A DNA stretch of 64,000 nucleotides, from the NCBI GenBank assembly GCA_965223325.1, contig CBDCWI010000002.1, positions 768,001 to 832,000 of the forward strand, read 5' to 3'. Below are positions 46,746 through 55,944 of this stretch, one piece after another (position 1 is the first letter of the stretch; every line of letters begins with the position of its first letter). Made by a program: the position numbers and the translations under genes. This DNA comes from Candidatus Multivoradales bacterium. Its GTDB lineage: Bacteria; Acidobacteriota; Thermoanaerobaculia; Multivoradales; Multivoraceae. Under the pieces are notes generated by a model. It worked only from the letters and a program-made list of their open reading frames with translations, was not told the DNA's origin and searched no databases.

Positions 46746-48602
46746 TCACCTCAGCTCCGACCGGTCGCCCACTGGCGGGTCGCAGATCCGACCCGCCAAA
46801 GGCCACAGCAGAACCAGTGCCACGACGGAGATCGCAACGCCCAGTCGTTCGGGCAAAAGTGCGCGATAACGCAACGTCACGCGCCGTGCGCCAGCCGGTA
46901 CCTGGACGATGAGACGGCCTGTTCCACCGGTCACCGGAATCTTCTCTCCCCCATTGACTTCGGCGATCCAACCGGGAAAGCCGAAGGCATCTTCGAGCTC
47001 CCCGCCCGTATCGTTCTCGAGGTCGAACACTCGTAAGTGCGAGGTTCGAACGGTGGGGAACACGGTGTGACCGTTCCAAGTCGACTGGTGGAGCGCCGAG
47101 CCGGAACCGAGCGCGCTGGCCATCTCAGGCTCCTGTGCTGCCGGTAGGTACTCTGGCACCCAGAGTTCGTGGGCACGCCGATCGATCTCAGGAGCGCCAC
47201 CCTTGAGGGTCCATTCCGTCGGACCGAGAAGCGGCAGCGACACGATGGCGTTCAAGATCAAGACGACCACCACCGAAAGCCAGCTCAAAAGCTCCAACTG
47301 GCGGCGGGGCTCGCGCGCAGCCGCCGCGCCCGCGCGCACAACGATGCCAACGAGCAGCGCTATCTGAATCGATTGGACCGCCCCCAGGCGCCATGGAAAC
47401 TGGGTCCACGAGAGACCGGGGGTCCACCGCCAAACAGGCGCCGATAAAGCGGTCTGGAGAAAGAAGACCCAGGCAACCGAAAGCAACGCGATCGCCGGCG
47501 CCAACCACGGCGCCCGGCCCGCGGCTTGGTCGCGGACCGCCCCCTTCTGAGAGGCCTTCCGAACTGAGAACCGTACGATCCACCACGCGGCGACGAGCAG
47601 GAGCCCAGAAGCCAACTGCACGAGCGCGGCGCGTTCGACCGTCGGCTTGATGACCGCTTCGGTGAACCCTGCCGCCACCTCATCGAAAAACAAGAAGTTG
47701 CGCTCGAACACGCCGTGGGCCGACTGGCGTATGTAGTCGAGGTCGATCGACGGGCGCGTCGCCAGCATCGGAAGTAGAAAGACCGCGGCGACGGAACACG
47801 CCATGAGCGCTGCCGCCACCAACTGTGCGACCGTGACGATGGTTCGCTTTCTTTTTCGGGCAAGCAGAAGGCCCAGCGCACACCCCGCAACTGGCAGAAG
47901 AGCAACCACCAACAGGACCGCACTGATGATGTGGGTCAAGAGAAGCCCGGCCGCCGCCAGCACCAGGCCGACCCAGGTGCCGCGACCCCCTCGCACATAG
48001 ACCAACCACAGAAACGCAGCGACCAGAACCAACCAGCCGTAGGCCCACACGGTGGGCAGAGCGAAGCGGCGATACAGGTCAATCATCGGAAACGGGCTCA
48101 GCCCGAGAGCAACGACACCTGCGGCCACCGCCAAGTTCGGTAGTCCGAGCCTTCGACCGGCCAGCGCAAACGCCAGAAGCGCGAACAATACGGCCGTACT
48201 CGCACTGATCCGAATGGCAACTGTGGTGTCGACTCCCGCCAGGAGCTCGACGATCGCGCTGGTCGCTGCAGCCCAGGGTGGATAGACCTTAAAGACCGGC
48301 GCTCCGAGTCCGCCGTGCATGCTGCCGACCCAGCGCGGGTAGAGCCGCCCGCTACCCTCGGGGGCGGTGGGGTCGAAGCGCTGGCGAAATGACTCTGAGA
48401 AGTCGCGAATGACCACCGCGTGGAAGCCGGCATCGTGGCCTTCAGGTACTCCAATCCAGGAGCAGAGCGGGCCCGATTGGGTGGGCGGGCAGTCATCGAC
48501 TCTCTCGGTCCACATCGGGAGAACCAGCACTGCGCCCACCGCGAGGGCTACCCCAACGAGTACCAGCAGGGGCTTTCCGGTGAGTGACTCCAGTTCCGCC
48601 AT
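46746..48602 (-). CDS. PTPS-related / YfhO-like polytopic membrane protein (GT-C fold)
   Basis: GHDAGFH, YPRWVGSMHGGLGAPVFKVYPP, LLTH, QFPWR, EYLP, C-terminal FPGW...VPAG. Confidence 0.78.
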   Translation of the reverse strand: MAELESLTGKPLLVLVGVALAVGAVLVLPMWTERVDDCPPTQSGPLCSWIGVPEGHDAGFHAVVIRDFSESFRQRFDPTAPEGSGRLYPRWVGSMHGGLGAPVFKVYPPWAAATSAIVELLAGVDTTVAIRISASTAVLFALLAFALAGRRLGLPNLAVAAGVVALGLSPFPMIDLYRRFALPTVWAYGWLVLVAAFLWLVYVRGGRGTWVGLVLAAAGLLLTHIISAVLLVVALLPVAGCALGLLLARKRKRTIVTVAQLVAAALMACSVAAVFLLPMLATRPSIDLDYIRQSAHGVFERNFLFFDEVAAGFTEAVIKPTVERAALVQLASGLLLVAAWWIVRFSVRKASQKGAVRDQAAGRAPWLAPAIALLSVAWVFFLQTALSAPVWRWTPGLSWTQFPWRLGAVQSIQIALLVGIVVRAGAAAAREPRRQLELLSWLSVVVVLILNAIVSLPLLGPTEWTLKGGAPEIDRRAHELWVPEYLPAAQEPEMASALGSGSALHQSTWNGHTVFPTVRTSHLRVFDLENDTGGELEDAFGFPGWIAEVNGGEKIPVTGGTGRLIVQVPAGARRVTLRYRALLPERLGVAISVVALVLLWPLAGRICDPPVGDRSELR

Positions 48603-48613
48603 CAAGAAGGGAC

Positions 48614-49450
48614 TCAGTCGAGGTAGCCGAGAGCTCGCAACTGCTCTTCGAGCTCGTCGGAGACTTCGATCGTGTCGATGGGTCGGTCGAGATGTGGATT
48701 CCAGTCTTCGAGCCGACGGGCATAGCGCTCTTTTTCTGCGCTGTGCTCGGTGGCGGGCGAGCCACCCTCCGCGGCCAAGAGGTCGTTGTGTTCGCCGGGG
48801 TCGTTTCTGAGATCGTAGAGCTCGAAGATCGGGCCTTCCCGGCCGGGGTACCGAATGAGTTTCCATCCGGCGGATGAGCGCACCGAAAAGATGCGGTGCA
48901 GCGTCAAGAGCTCGTAGCCGCGGTCGCGGTAGCGACCTTCGTCCGCACGCGCGGCGCTCCAGACGAGCGCTTCGTTGTGCTCGTCATCGTCTTCGGGTGA
49001 AGACGCCTCTAAGGAAAACTCCGACCGATCCCGGCCAGAATGACTGGGATCGACCGGCAGACCGAGGAGCGCGCCGAGGGTCGGTGCGATATCGACTATC
49101 GAAATGTAGGTCGGTGAGCGCACCGCAGGAACACCGGGGCCGGCGAGAATCATCGGGATACGAATCTGCTCATCGAACAGCTGTGCCCCGTGATCGAGAC
49201 GGTGAAAACGTTCACCGAGCGTCTCGCCATGGTCGGCGACCACCAGCACAAAGGTGTCTTCGAGGTCGACGACCGAAAGCACCCTGGCCAGCAGCTCGTC
49301 GAGGCGCAACAACAAGGCGTCGTAGCGAGAGATATAGGCGCCGAGCCGGGTGAGCGCAGAACCACTCTGGTCATAAAGAAGCTGGTAGGGCGGAATGCGC
49401 TCCAGTTCTTCGCCCGGCGGCGACGCCGGAAAGGCCAACAGCAAGTACTC
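48614..49450 (-). pseudogene. Sulfatase-like gene, 5'-truncated (C-terminal half only)
   Basis: Has YDA, VADHGE, DHG, RIPM, ELYDL..DPGE and LRALGYLD, but lacks DTLR, the nucleophile loop, PH and a credible start. Confidence 0.7.
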
Positions 49451-50606
49451 GGTCGTGTTGTTGGTGCCCTCGGTTCTCCTGGCCGTGGCACTCGCCGCGA
49501 CGGATCGCACGGCAACGGTTCGGCGAAGGCCCACGGGAAGCCTGATCGACACCGCAGTCGCTGCGATCGCCGCTCTCGGGCTTCTGCTGTTGACCTACGG
49601 CATCGCCAACCGCAATACGAGTGACGACGAACACCAGCGCGTTCTCGACCAGTACATCGAGAACGAGGCGACACTCATCGTCCTCGATCGCCTCGCGGAC
49701 CAACGCGCACTCCTCGAAGAGGTCTCGACATGGTCGCTCGGAGCGAGCCAGTACCTGACGGGCTTCCTGGGCATTCGGACGCAGAACGAGATCGGTGTCT
49801 ACCCGTCCTACGCCTTCGGCACCGTTTCGTCGCGCGGTCGGTGGTGGTACTTCCCGGTTCTCGCCGCGGTGAAGCTGCCTCTGGTGATGCTCGTTTGCCT
49901 TGCTCTGTTCGCACGCGGGCAGTGGCGGGAATGGAAGCGGTGGCCAAGACCCGCACGCGGCGTTTTGCTGTCGGCGTTTCTGATCTACGCCGTGGTGGCC
50001 GTTCTCTCGAACTACAACATCGGCTTCCGCCATCTCCTACCGATTCTGCCTCTGGCTCTGCTGCCAATAGCCGCTACCCTTGCCGGAGGCCTGCGGCGGC
50101 TCTTGATCGTGCTCGGTGCCCTGGCGCTCGAGAGCCTGATCGTTGCGCCGCTTTGGATCTCAGCGACCAACACCTGGTGGCTGGGTGAGAACAACCCGAG
50201 CCGTTTTGTCTTCTCCGACGGCAATCTTGAGTACTCACAGAACTTCCTGACACTCGCCCGGGCGCTCGCGTCCGAACCCAGCGTTGGCATTCTGCTGCCA
50301 GGCAAAGACACCCGCACGCTGGCCGCGTACATTCCTGGCGCCTTCGCCGTGCCACCGGGCACCACCGGGCTCGAGCCCGGGCTCTATGCGGTCTCGGTTC
50401 TAGTCGAACAGTACGTACCGGCAGTCAGACGCTCTGATCCCGCTCACGTACACGGACACGCGCCGCTTGTCGACTTGATGACCGCGCTCGAGCGAACCTG
50501 GAGGGAGATCGAGACCGGAGAAGACCTGGGCTACATAGCGGGCACCTTCCACCTCTACCGGCTGCCTGCGCGACAGGCTCGAACGCCAGGGGAGCCACCC
50601 AGCTAG
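49434..50606 (+). pseudogene. GT39/ArnT-like membrane glycosyltransferase, 5'-truncated
   Basis: Begins at the mid-protein motif SKYSVVLL; GRWWYFPV..VKLP, NIGFRHLLP, SDGNLEYSQ; N-terminal DE loop and TMs absent. Confidence 0.65.
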
Positions 50607-51526
50607 CGAAGCTTGACCCGCAGCAGTCCGCGCAGGTTGAACACGTCATCGCTCTCGAGGGGACCGCTCTTGCTACGCACGACGTCGAGCGGCGACCAGA
50701 AGGCTTCGAGCGAAACGTGCGCCCGTTCAGACGCCTTGGCGGTGACTCCGAGCGAGAGCGACCAGGTCGAACCGTCGGCGAGGAGCAGGGTGTTGTCCTG
50801 GACGCCAAACGTTCTGGCGTTGACCTGGAACTCGAGATCGAGTTCCTGGTAGGACGCGCCGTAGTGCAGCCAGAGCCGATCAGAGCGGACGAGGCGATGT
50901 GCGCCCACCAGCTCGAGGCCGTAGTAGTCGAACGATGTGGCGTCATCGGAGAGCGCCTCGCAGCCGAATACGTTGCCCGGTGCACCCACCGGGTTGGCGA
51001 TATCGCCTTCGGTACAGGTCAGGCTGCCAGTGACCTCGCCCCTTTGACCGTGAAGCCGCCAACCGTAGCTGGACTGCTCGGTTTGCCAGAACGGGCGCGC
51101 GATGGCCAGCGACCAGAGATCGGGACGCGCTCCATCCACTTCCACCGGTGGCACCCAGCCGATGGTGAGAGCGATGTCGGCCGGTAGCCCCAGAGTCGCC
51201 CGCAGCCGACCGACGACCGGCGTGCGGTTGAGGTCTTCCTCCTTCTGGCCGTTGAAGCCAACCGTACGTTGGCGAGTGTCGAGATGCGGCACCTGGAGAA
51301 CTTCGAAGCCAAGCTCAACCGAACCCGCCTCGGTCGCCGTGACCGGGCCAAGCGACGTCAACGCCGTCACCGAGCTCAGGAAGCTGAGCGCCCAGGCCTC
51401 TGGGCGTTCGAAGTCCATCTGCTCGACCGCGTCGATGACGAGTCCGTTGTCCTGTGCGATGAGCGCCGGCGGCACCGACAGCAAAAGCAGGCAGAAGAGC
51501 GTGCCGACTGCTCCTAGGCGTCGCAC
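50603..51526 (-). CDS. Exported hypothetical protein, possibly an outer-membrane beta-barrel
   Basis: Signal peptide ending LIA|QD; alternating polar/hydrophobic strands (GRLRATLGL, YGWRLHGQ, WSLSLGVT, FNLRGLLRVKL); 13-nt overlap with the upstream gene. Confidence 0.6.
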   Translation of the reverse strand: MRRLGAVGTLFCLLLLSVPPALIAQDNGLVIDAVEQMDFERPEAWALSFLSSVTALTSLGPVTATEAGSVELGFEVLQVPHLDTRQRTVGFNGQKEEDLNRTPVVGRLRATLGLPADIALTIGWVPPVEVDGARPDLWSLAIARPFWQTEQSSYGWRLHGQRGEVTGSLTCTEGDIANPVGAPGNVFGCEALSDDATSFDYYGLELVGAHRLVRSDRLWLHYGASYQELDLEFQVNARTFGVQDNTLLLADGSTWSLSLGVTAKASERAHVSLEAFWSPLDVVRSKSGPLESDDVFNLRGLLRVKLR

Positions 51527-52989
51527 GTTTCAAACGCCGGCAGCTCGAGGACCGCATCGGCACGGTTGCCGAGCTCGTTGGTGAAGGTTCGCTGCTCGCC
51601 AGATACCGTGTCGGTGATCTCGAGCGTGAAACCGCGATCGGTGGTGGCCGCAAAGAGGACCCAGAAACCGCGCAAAGCGTCGTCGCGGTTGCAGGCGTCG
51701 AGGACCTTGACCAACATTTCGGCGTTGTTCTGCGAGAAGAAGTAGAACAGCGTCGAGTCACGCAGACCGATATCGAAGTTGCTGCCGGGAAAAACGTCGC
51801 TGCCGGTATCGACGGTCACCTCGACTGCAAAGCGCGCGTCGGGCCCCACACAGCCAACGTTGATGCTCGCCTGGCACTCCTGGGCCACGCTGTCGTCGTC
51901 GGTAATGCGTACTGTCGACACGCTGTCGGGGCCGAGGATGACGCCGCCTTCGGGCGCGCTGAGAACGACCGTGAAGGTCTCGCTCGGCTCTGCCTCGTTG
52001 TCGTCGGTGATCGGAATCAGCACTTCCTTTGGCCCGATCTCGCCATCCGCCCAAGTCAAGACGCCGCTAGACGCTTCGAAGTCCGTTCCCGCTTCCGCTG
52101 ATCCGGCGACCGACTGCCAGGTCACCGAGACCTCGCCGTCACTACCGCTCGAGCGTTCGATGTTGATCGGTGCACTGCCAACACTTTCGAGCACCGTCAC
52201 CGTGGACAGACTGAAGTCAACGACCCCCGGGGTTTCTGCGCTCGAATCGTCGTCGTCGGTGATGGTGATCGTCGCCGCACTATCACCCAGGGTTGCGCCG
52301 CCGGTCGGTGACGAGAGCATCAGGTTGATGGTTTCATCGGACTCGATCGCAGAATCGTCGACGAGGGTGACCACAATGGCTTTGGTCACCACGTCGCCGT
52401 CGCCCCAGGCCAGTTGACCGGCAGCCGCCAGATAGTCGTCACTGGCGACGGCTGAGCCATCACTGGTCGCGAAGTCGACGGATACCGAGCCCGCACTGCC
52501 GCCGGTTCGCGCCACCTGCACGGTCGCCGTCCCGGAGCTTTCGACCGCCGCCACCGTCGTATCGACGATGCCGAGCGTTCCGGCACCGCTCCCGCCGTCG
52601 GAAGCTTCGACCGTGATCGTTCCCACCATGCCCAGCGACTCGTGAACGATGCACACATACTCGATCAGTCCGGGAGTCGTGAAAGTGCGGGTCACCTTCC
52701 AGGCGGCCGTCGACGGTGAACCGTCTCCGCCGTCGTCGTCGCAGCCATTGGCACACCGAAACGAAGTTCCTTCTACGTTGTGGTTACCGCCCTTGTTCTC
52801 CCAGGTCACGCTGTCGCCGGCCTTGATCGTCAGGTTGGCCGGGAAGAATGTGTTGTTCGGAAGCACCTCGACATTGTGGTTGGTCTGAGCCGTAGCCGAC
52901 CCGGCCGAGAAGACCGCAAACACCAGGAGACCCACGAGCGATGGGCGGGTCAAAGGCGAGGGACGCGCAGACAACAAAAGGGAAGACAT
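51514..52989 (-). CDS. Secreted plastocyanin-like cupredoxin + 2x Calx-beta + C-terminal domain
   Basis: Type-1 Cu ligands GNHNV and YVCIVHESLGM; Calx-beta motifs (DGSA..DY, DDSAIESDET, DDNEAEPSET, ITDDD); CTD FFSQNNAEMLVKVLDAC...FWV. Confidence 0.85.
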   Translation of the reverse strand: MSSLLLSARPSPLTRPSLVGLLVFAVFSAGSATAQTNHNVEVLPNNTFFPANLTIKAGDSVTWENKGGNHNVEGTSFRCANGCDDDGGDGSPSTAAWKVTRTFTTPGLIEYVCIVHESLGMVGTITVEASDGGSGAGTLGIVDTTVAAVESSGTATVQVARTGGSAGSVSVDFATSDGSAVASDDYLAAAGQLAWGDGDVVTKAIVVTLVDDSAIESDETINLMLSSPTGGATLGDSAATITITDDDDSSAETPGVVDFSLSTVTVLESVGSAPINIERSSGSDGEVSVTWQSVAGSAEAGTDFEASSGVLTWADGEIGPKEVLIPITDDNEAEPSETFTVVLSAPEGGVILGPDSVSTVRITDDDSVAQECQASINVGCVGPDARFAVEVTVDTGSDVFPGSNFDIGLRDSTLFYFFSQNNAEMLVKVLDACNRDDALRGFWVLFAATTDRGFTLEITDTVSGEQRTFTNELGNRADAVLELPAFETCDA

Positions 52990-53268
52990 AGGGAACTCCT
53001 CGGGGTGGTGGAGATGCAGCCGAGAGGCTCGAGTGTGCCGCTCTTCGAGCGCAACTTCGATCGTTGAAGCTTCGTCGGAATAGAGGCCGAACGGGATCTA
53101 CCCGCTGATTCGACGGCCAACTCATCCCGGTTCATCTCCAACGAACTTTGGATCTGAGACTCGAACCGCCATGCTAGGCGATTGGTTTGATCGATGCGGC
53201 GGCATCGCGACTCGTACAATGCCGAAGTGGTAACAGCGGCCCACTGTTGGCGGTAGGCTCCCACTCCA

Positions 53269-53817
53269 ATGCGCAAAGTCCACCTCATCACCACCGGCGG
53301 AACGATCGAGAAGACCTACGACGAGTTGACGGGCGACCTGAGCAACCAGCATTCCCTGGTGCGTCGCATGCTCGGCGAGCTGCGGCTGGAGGGCACCGAA
53401 GTCTCGATCCTCGAGTTGATGAGTAAAGACAGCCTCGAGATGACCGACAAGGACCGCGAGAGCATCCTCAACGCAGCGTTGGCGGCCGGGGCGACCGACC
53501 CGGCGGGCTCGACCTCCAGCCAGTCAGAAAGCGAGCGCGCCGGCATCGTCATCCTGCACGGCACCGACACGTTGGAGGTCACCGGCGAGCTGCTCGCCCG
53601 GCGCTTGACGCCCACTGCCGTACCGGTGGTGCTCACCGGCGCCCTGCGACCGTTCGAAATGAAGCGCAGCGATGCGCTTCAAAACCTCACCGAGGCGATC
53701 TTCGCCACCGGAGTTCTCGACCCCGGTGTCTACTGCGTCGCTCACGGTCGCGCCCTCGCCTTCCCTGGCGTAACAAAGGATCGCGATCGCGGCACCTTCC
53801 GCCACGAAGCGCGCTAG
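53269..53817 (+). CDS. Short-chain L-asparaginase (N-terminal domain only)
   Basis: TTGGTIEK, SKDS, HGTDT, VVLTGA.RP, SDA.QNL. Confidence 0.88.
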   Translation: MRKVHLITTGGTIEKTYDELTGDLSNQHSLVRRMLGELRLEGTEVSILELMSKDSLEMTDKDRESILNAALAAGATDPAGSTSSQSESERAGIVILHGTDTLEVTGELLARRLTPTAVPVVLTGALRPFEMKRSDALQNLTEAIFATGVLDPGVYCVAHGRALAFPGVTKDRDRGTFRHEAR

Positions 53818-53820
53818 CTC

Positions 53821-54252
53821 CTACTCTTCGCTGATGGTGACCTTGGTGATGCCATCGCCCTGAGCGATCGCATCAACGACGTCCTGGCCCTCGAGCACCT
53901 GCCCGAAGACGCTGTGCTTGCCATCCAGCCAAGGGGTCGCACCGTGGGTAATGAAGAACTGGCTGCCGTTGGTGTTGGGTCCCGCGTTGGCCATCGAGAG
54001 AGTGCCCGGTCCCGAATGCTTGAGGTCGGGATGGAACTCGTCTTCGAAGGTATACCCCGGTCCACCAGTCCCGGTACCCTGAGGACAGCCCCCTTGAATC
54101 ATGAAGTCTGCGATCACGCGATGAAACTTGAGCCCATCGTAGAAGCCGTCACCGACCAACTTCTCGAAGTTGGCCACGGTCTTGGGTGTCTTGTCTGCAA
54201 AGAGCTCGAGCTTGATCGTGCCCTTGTCGGTGTCGAACGTTGCGATTTTCAA
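53821..54252 (-). CDS. Cyclophilin-type peptidyl-prolyl isomerase
   Basis: [47 protein letters not shown]; TTG start with AAGGAG RBS. Confidence 0.96.
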   Translation of the reverse strand: MKIATFDTDKGTIKLELFADKTPKTVANFEKLVGDGFYDGLKFHRVIADFMIQGGCPQGTGTGGPGYTFEDEFHPDLKHSGPGTLSMANAGPNTNGSQFFITHGATPWLDGKHSVFGQVLEGQDVVDAIAQGDGITKVTISEE

Positions 54253-54323
54253 AATCGTCTCCTTTCGTCCGCGAAGCTAACAGACCTTGCCGGTCACCTC
54301 GGACCTCGAATCGTCGCCGAACG

Positions 54324-55721
54324 ATGAACCTCTGGGAACTGAACGCCCTCGCGTTACGCCGGGTTCTCGCTAGGGGCGAGGTCTCGGCCGAGGAGTGCAC
54401 GCGCGCCTTTCTCGAGCGCATCGGTTCGACCGATCGCGACATCAACGCAATTCCTACGCTGGTTCCCGAGCGCGCCCTGCGACGAGCTGGCGAGCTCGAC
54501 GCTCTACGAGTCGCCGGTCGAGCCCTGGGTCCACTTCACGGCATGCCGATTGCCGTCAAGGACATGGCGCAGGTCAAGGGGGTGCGCACCACCTTCGGCT
54601 CTCCCCTATTCGCCGACTTCGTTCCCGAGGAGAGTGACTTGTTCGTCGAGCGTCTCGAGACCGCTGGCGCGGTGATCGTCGGCAAGACCAACGTGCCCGA
54701 GTTCGGCGCCGGCTCGCAGACCTTCAACCCGGTGTTCGGCGCCACGCGCAACCCCTGGGACACCAGCCGCACCGTTGGCGGCTCGAGTGGCGGTGCAGCT
54801 GCCGCCACAGCGGCCCGGCTGCTCCCCTTCGCCGACGGCAGTGACTACGGCGGCTCGCTGCGCAACCCGGCGAGCTTTTGCAACGTCGTCGGCTTTCGCC
54901 CGTCACCGGGTCGCGTTCCACAGTTTCCCGTACAGGACGCCTGGGACGACCACCTGGTCATCGGACCGATCGCCAGAAACGTTCAGGACCTCGCGCTCCT
55001 GTTCTCCGTCATGGCAGGCCCGGACCCACGCGACCCTTGGTCACAGCCAGAAGCCGGAGAGACGTTCCGAGAGCTCACACCGCTTCCCACTCGCGGACTG
55101 CGCCTCGGTTTCACCCCCGACCTCGGTCGCTATCCGGTCGAGGAACCCGTGCGCATCACCACCCGAGCGTCGCTTGCGACCTGGAGGGCGCTCGGCTGCA
55201 CTGTCGAAGAGTCGTGCCCTGATCTCCAAGACGCCGACGACATCTTCCACACCCTTCGTGCCTGGACCTTCGCCGAGAAGTTCGGGCCCCAGCTCGAGGA
55301 GCAGCGAGCGCACTTGAAAGACACTGTGATCTGGAACACCGAAGAGGGTCTCGGCCTAAGGGCGTCCGACATCGGCCGAGCACGCCGCCTCAGAACCCGT
55401 CTGGTCGCGCGCGTGGCGCGCTGGTTCGAAGACTTCGACTTTCTGCTTCTACCGACGGTCCAGGTGCTGCCCTTCGATGTCGAAGTCCCCTACCCAAGGC
55501 TCATCGAGGGTCAAGAGCAAGAGACCTACCTCGAGTGGATGGCAACCTGCTGGGCGATCACCGTCACCCGGCTACCGGCGATCTCCATGCCCTGCGGTTT
55601 CTATGACGGTCTACCCGTCGGCCTGCAGATCGCCGGACCGCCGAAGAGCGACCACCGTCTGCTGCGCCTCGCCCTGGCCTTCGAAGAAGCCACCGCGTAC
55701 GCCCTCGAGCGCCCACTCTGA
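54324..55721 (+). CDS. Amidase signature family protein
   Basis: GMPIAVKD, GKTNVPEF, GGSSGGAAAA, GSDYGGSLRNPA, GLPVGLQ. Confidence 0.94.
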   Translation: MNLWELNALALRRVLARGEVSAEECTRAFLERIGSTDRDINAIPTLVPERALRRAGELDALRVAGRALGPLHGMPIAVKDMAQVKGVRTTFGSPLFADFVPEESDLFVERLETAGAVIVGKTNVPEFGAGSQTFNPVFGATRNPWDTSRTVGGSSGGAAAATAARLLPFADGSDYGGSLRNPASFCNVVGFRPSPGRVPQFPVQDAWDDHLVIGPIARNVQDLALLFSVMAGPDPRDPWSQPEAGETFRELTPLPTRGLRLGFTPDLGRYPVEEPVRITTRASLATWRALGCTVEESCPDLQDADDIFHTLRAWTFAEKFGPQLEEQRAHLKDTVIWNTEEGLGLRASDIGRARRLRTRLVARVARWFEDFDFLLLPTVQVLPFDVEVPYPRLIEGQEQETYLEWMATCWAITVTRLPAISMPCGFYDGLPVGLQIAGPPKSDHRLLRLALAFEEATAYALERPL

Positions 55722-55740
55722 CGCGTCGCACACCCGAGAT

Positions 55741-55850
55741 TTCCCAGAACCACCCCAGTCGATTGCCCGGGAATCGCCCGGGAATCGCCCGGGAATTGCC
55801 CGGGAGTTGCCCGGGAGTTGCCCGGGAGTTGCCCGGGAGTTGCCCGGGAC
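55741..55850 (+). repeat. Leader + 8x 11-bp tandem repeat (TYGCCCGGGAR)
   Basis: Units at 55763-55850: ttgcccgggaa, 2x tcgcccgggaa, 4x ttgcccgggag, ttgcccgggac; leader shared with the 63748 copy. Confidence 0.92.
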
Positions 55851-55884
55851 GTGTGGGGAGGCGGCGGTGTGGGTGCTGTTTCGT

Positions 55885-55913
55885 TTTACGATTTATACAT
55901 GATATTCTATAAT
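55885..55913 (+). promoter_or_regulatory. Sigma70-type promoter for the S8 peptidase
   Basis: TTTACG (55885-55890), 17 nt, TATAAT (55908-55913) in an AT-rich island; RBS GGAGG and ATG 55945 follow. Confidence 0.75.
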
Positions 55914-55944
55914 ACTTGGAAACTTGCCCTCGGAGGCTGCCTGC

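Noticed and set aside
55763-55850. CRISPR array
   Set aside because: Contiguous 11-bp units with no unique spacers, and no cas genes in the window.
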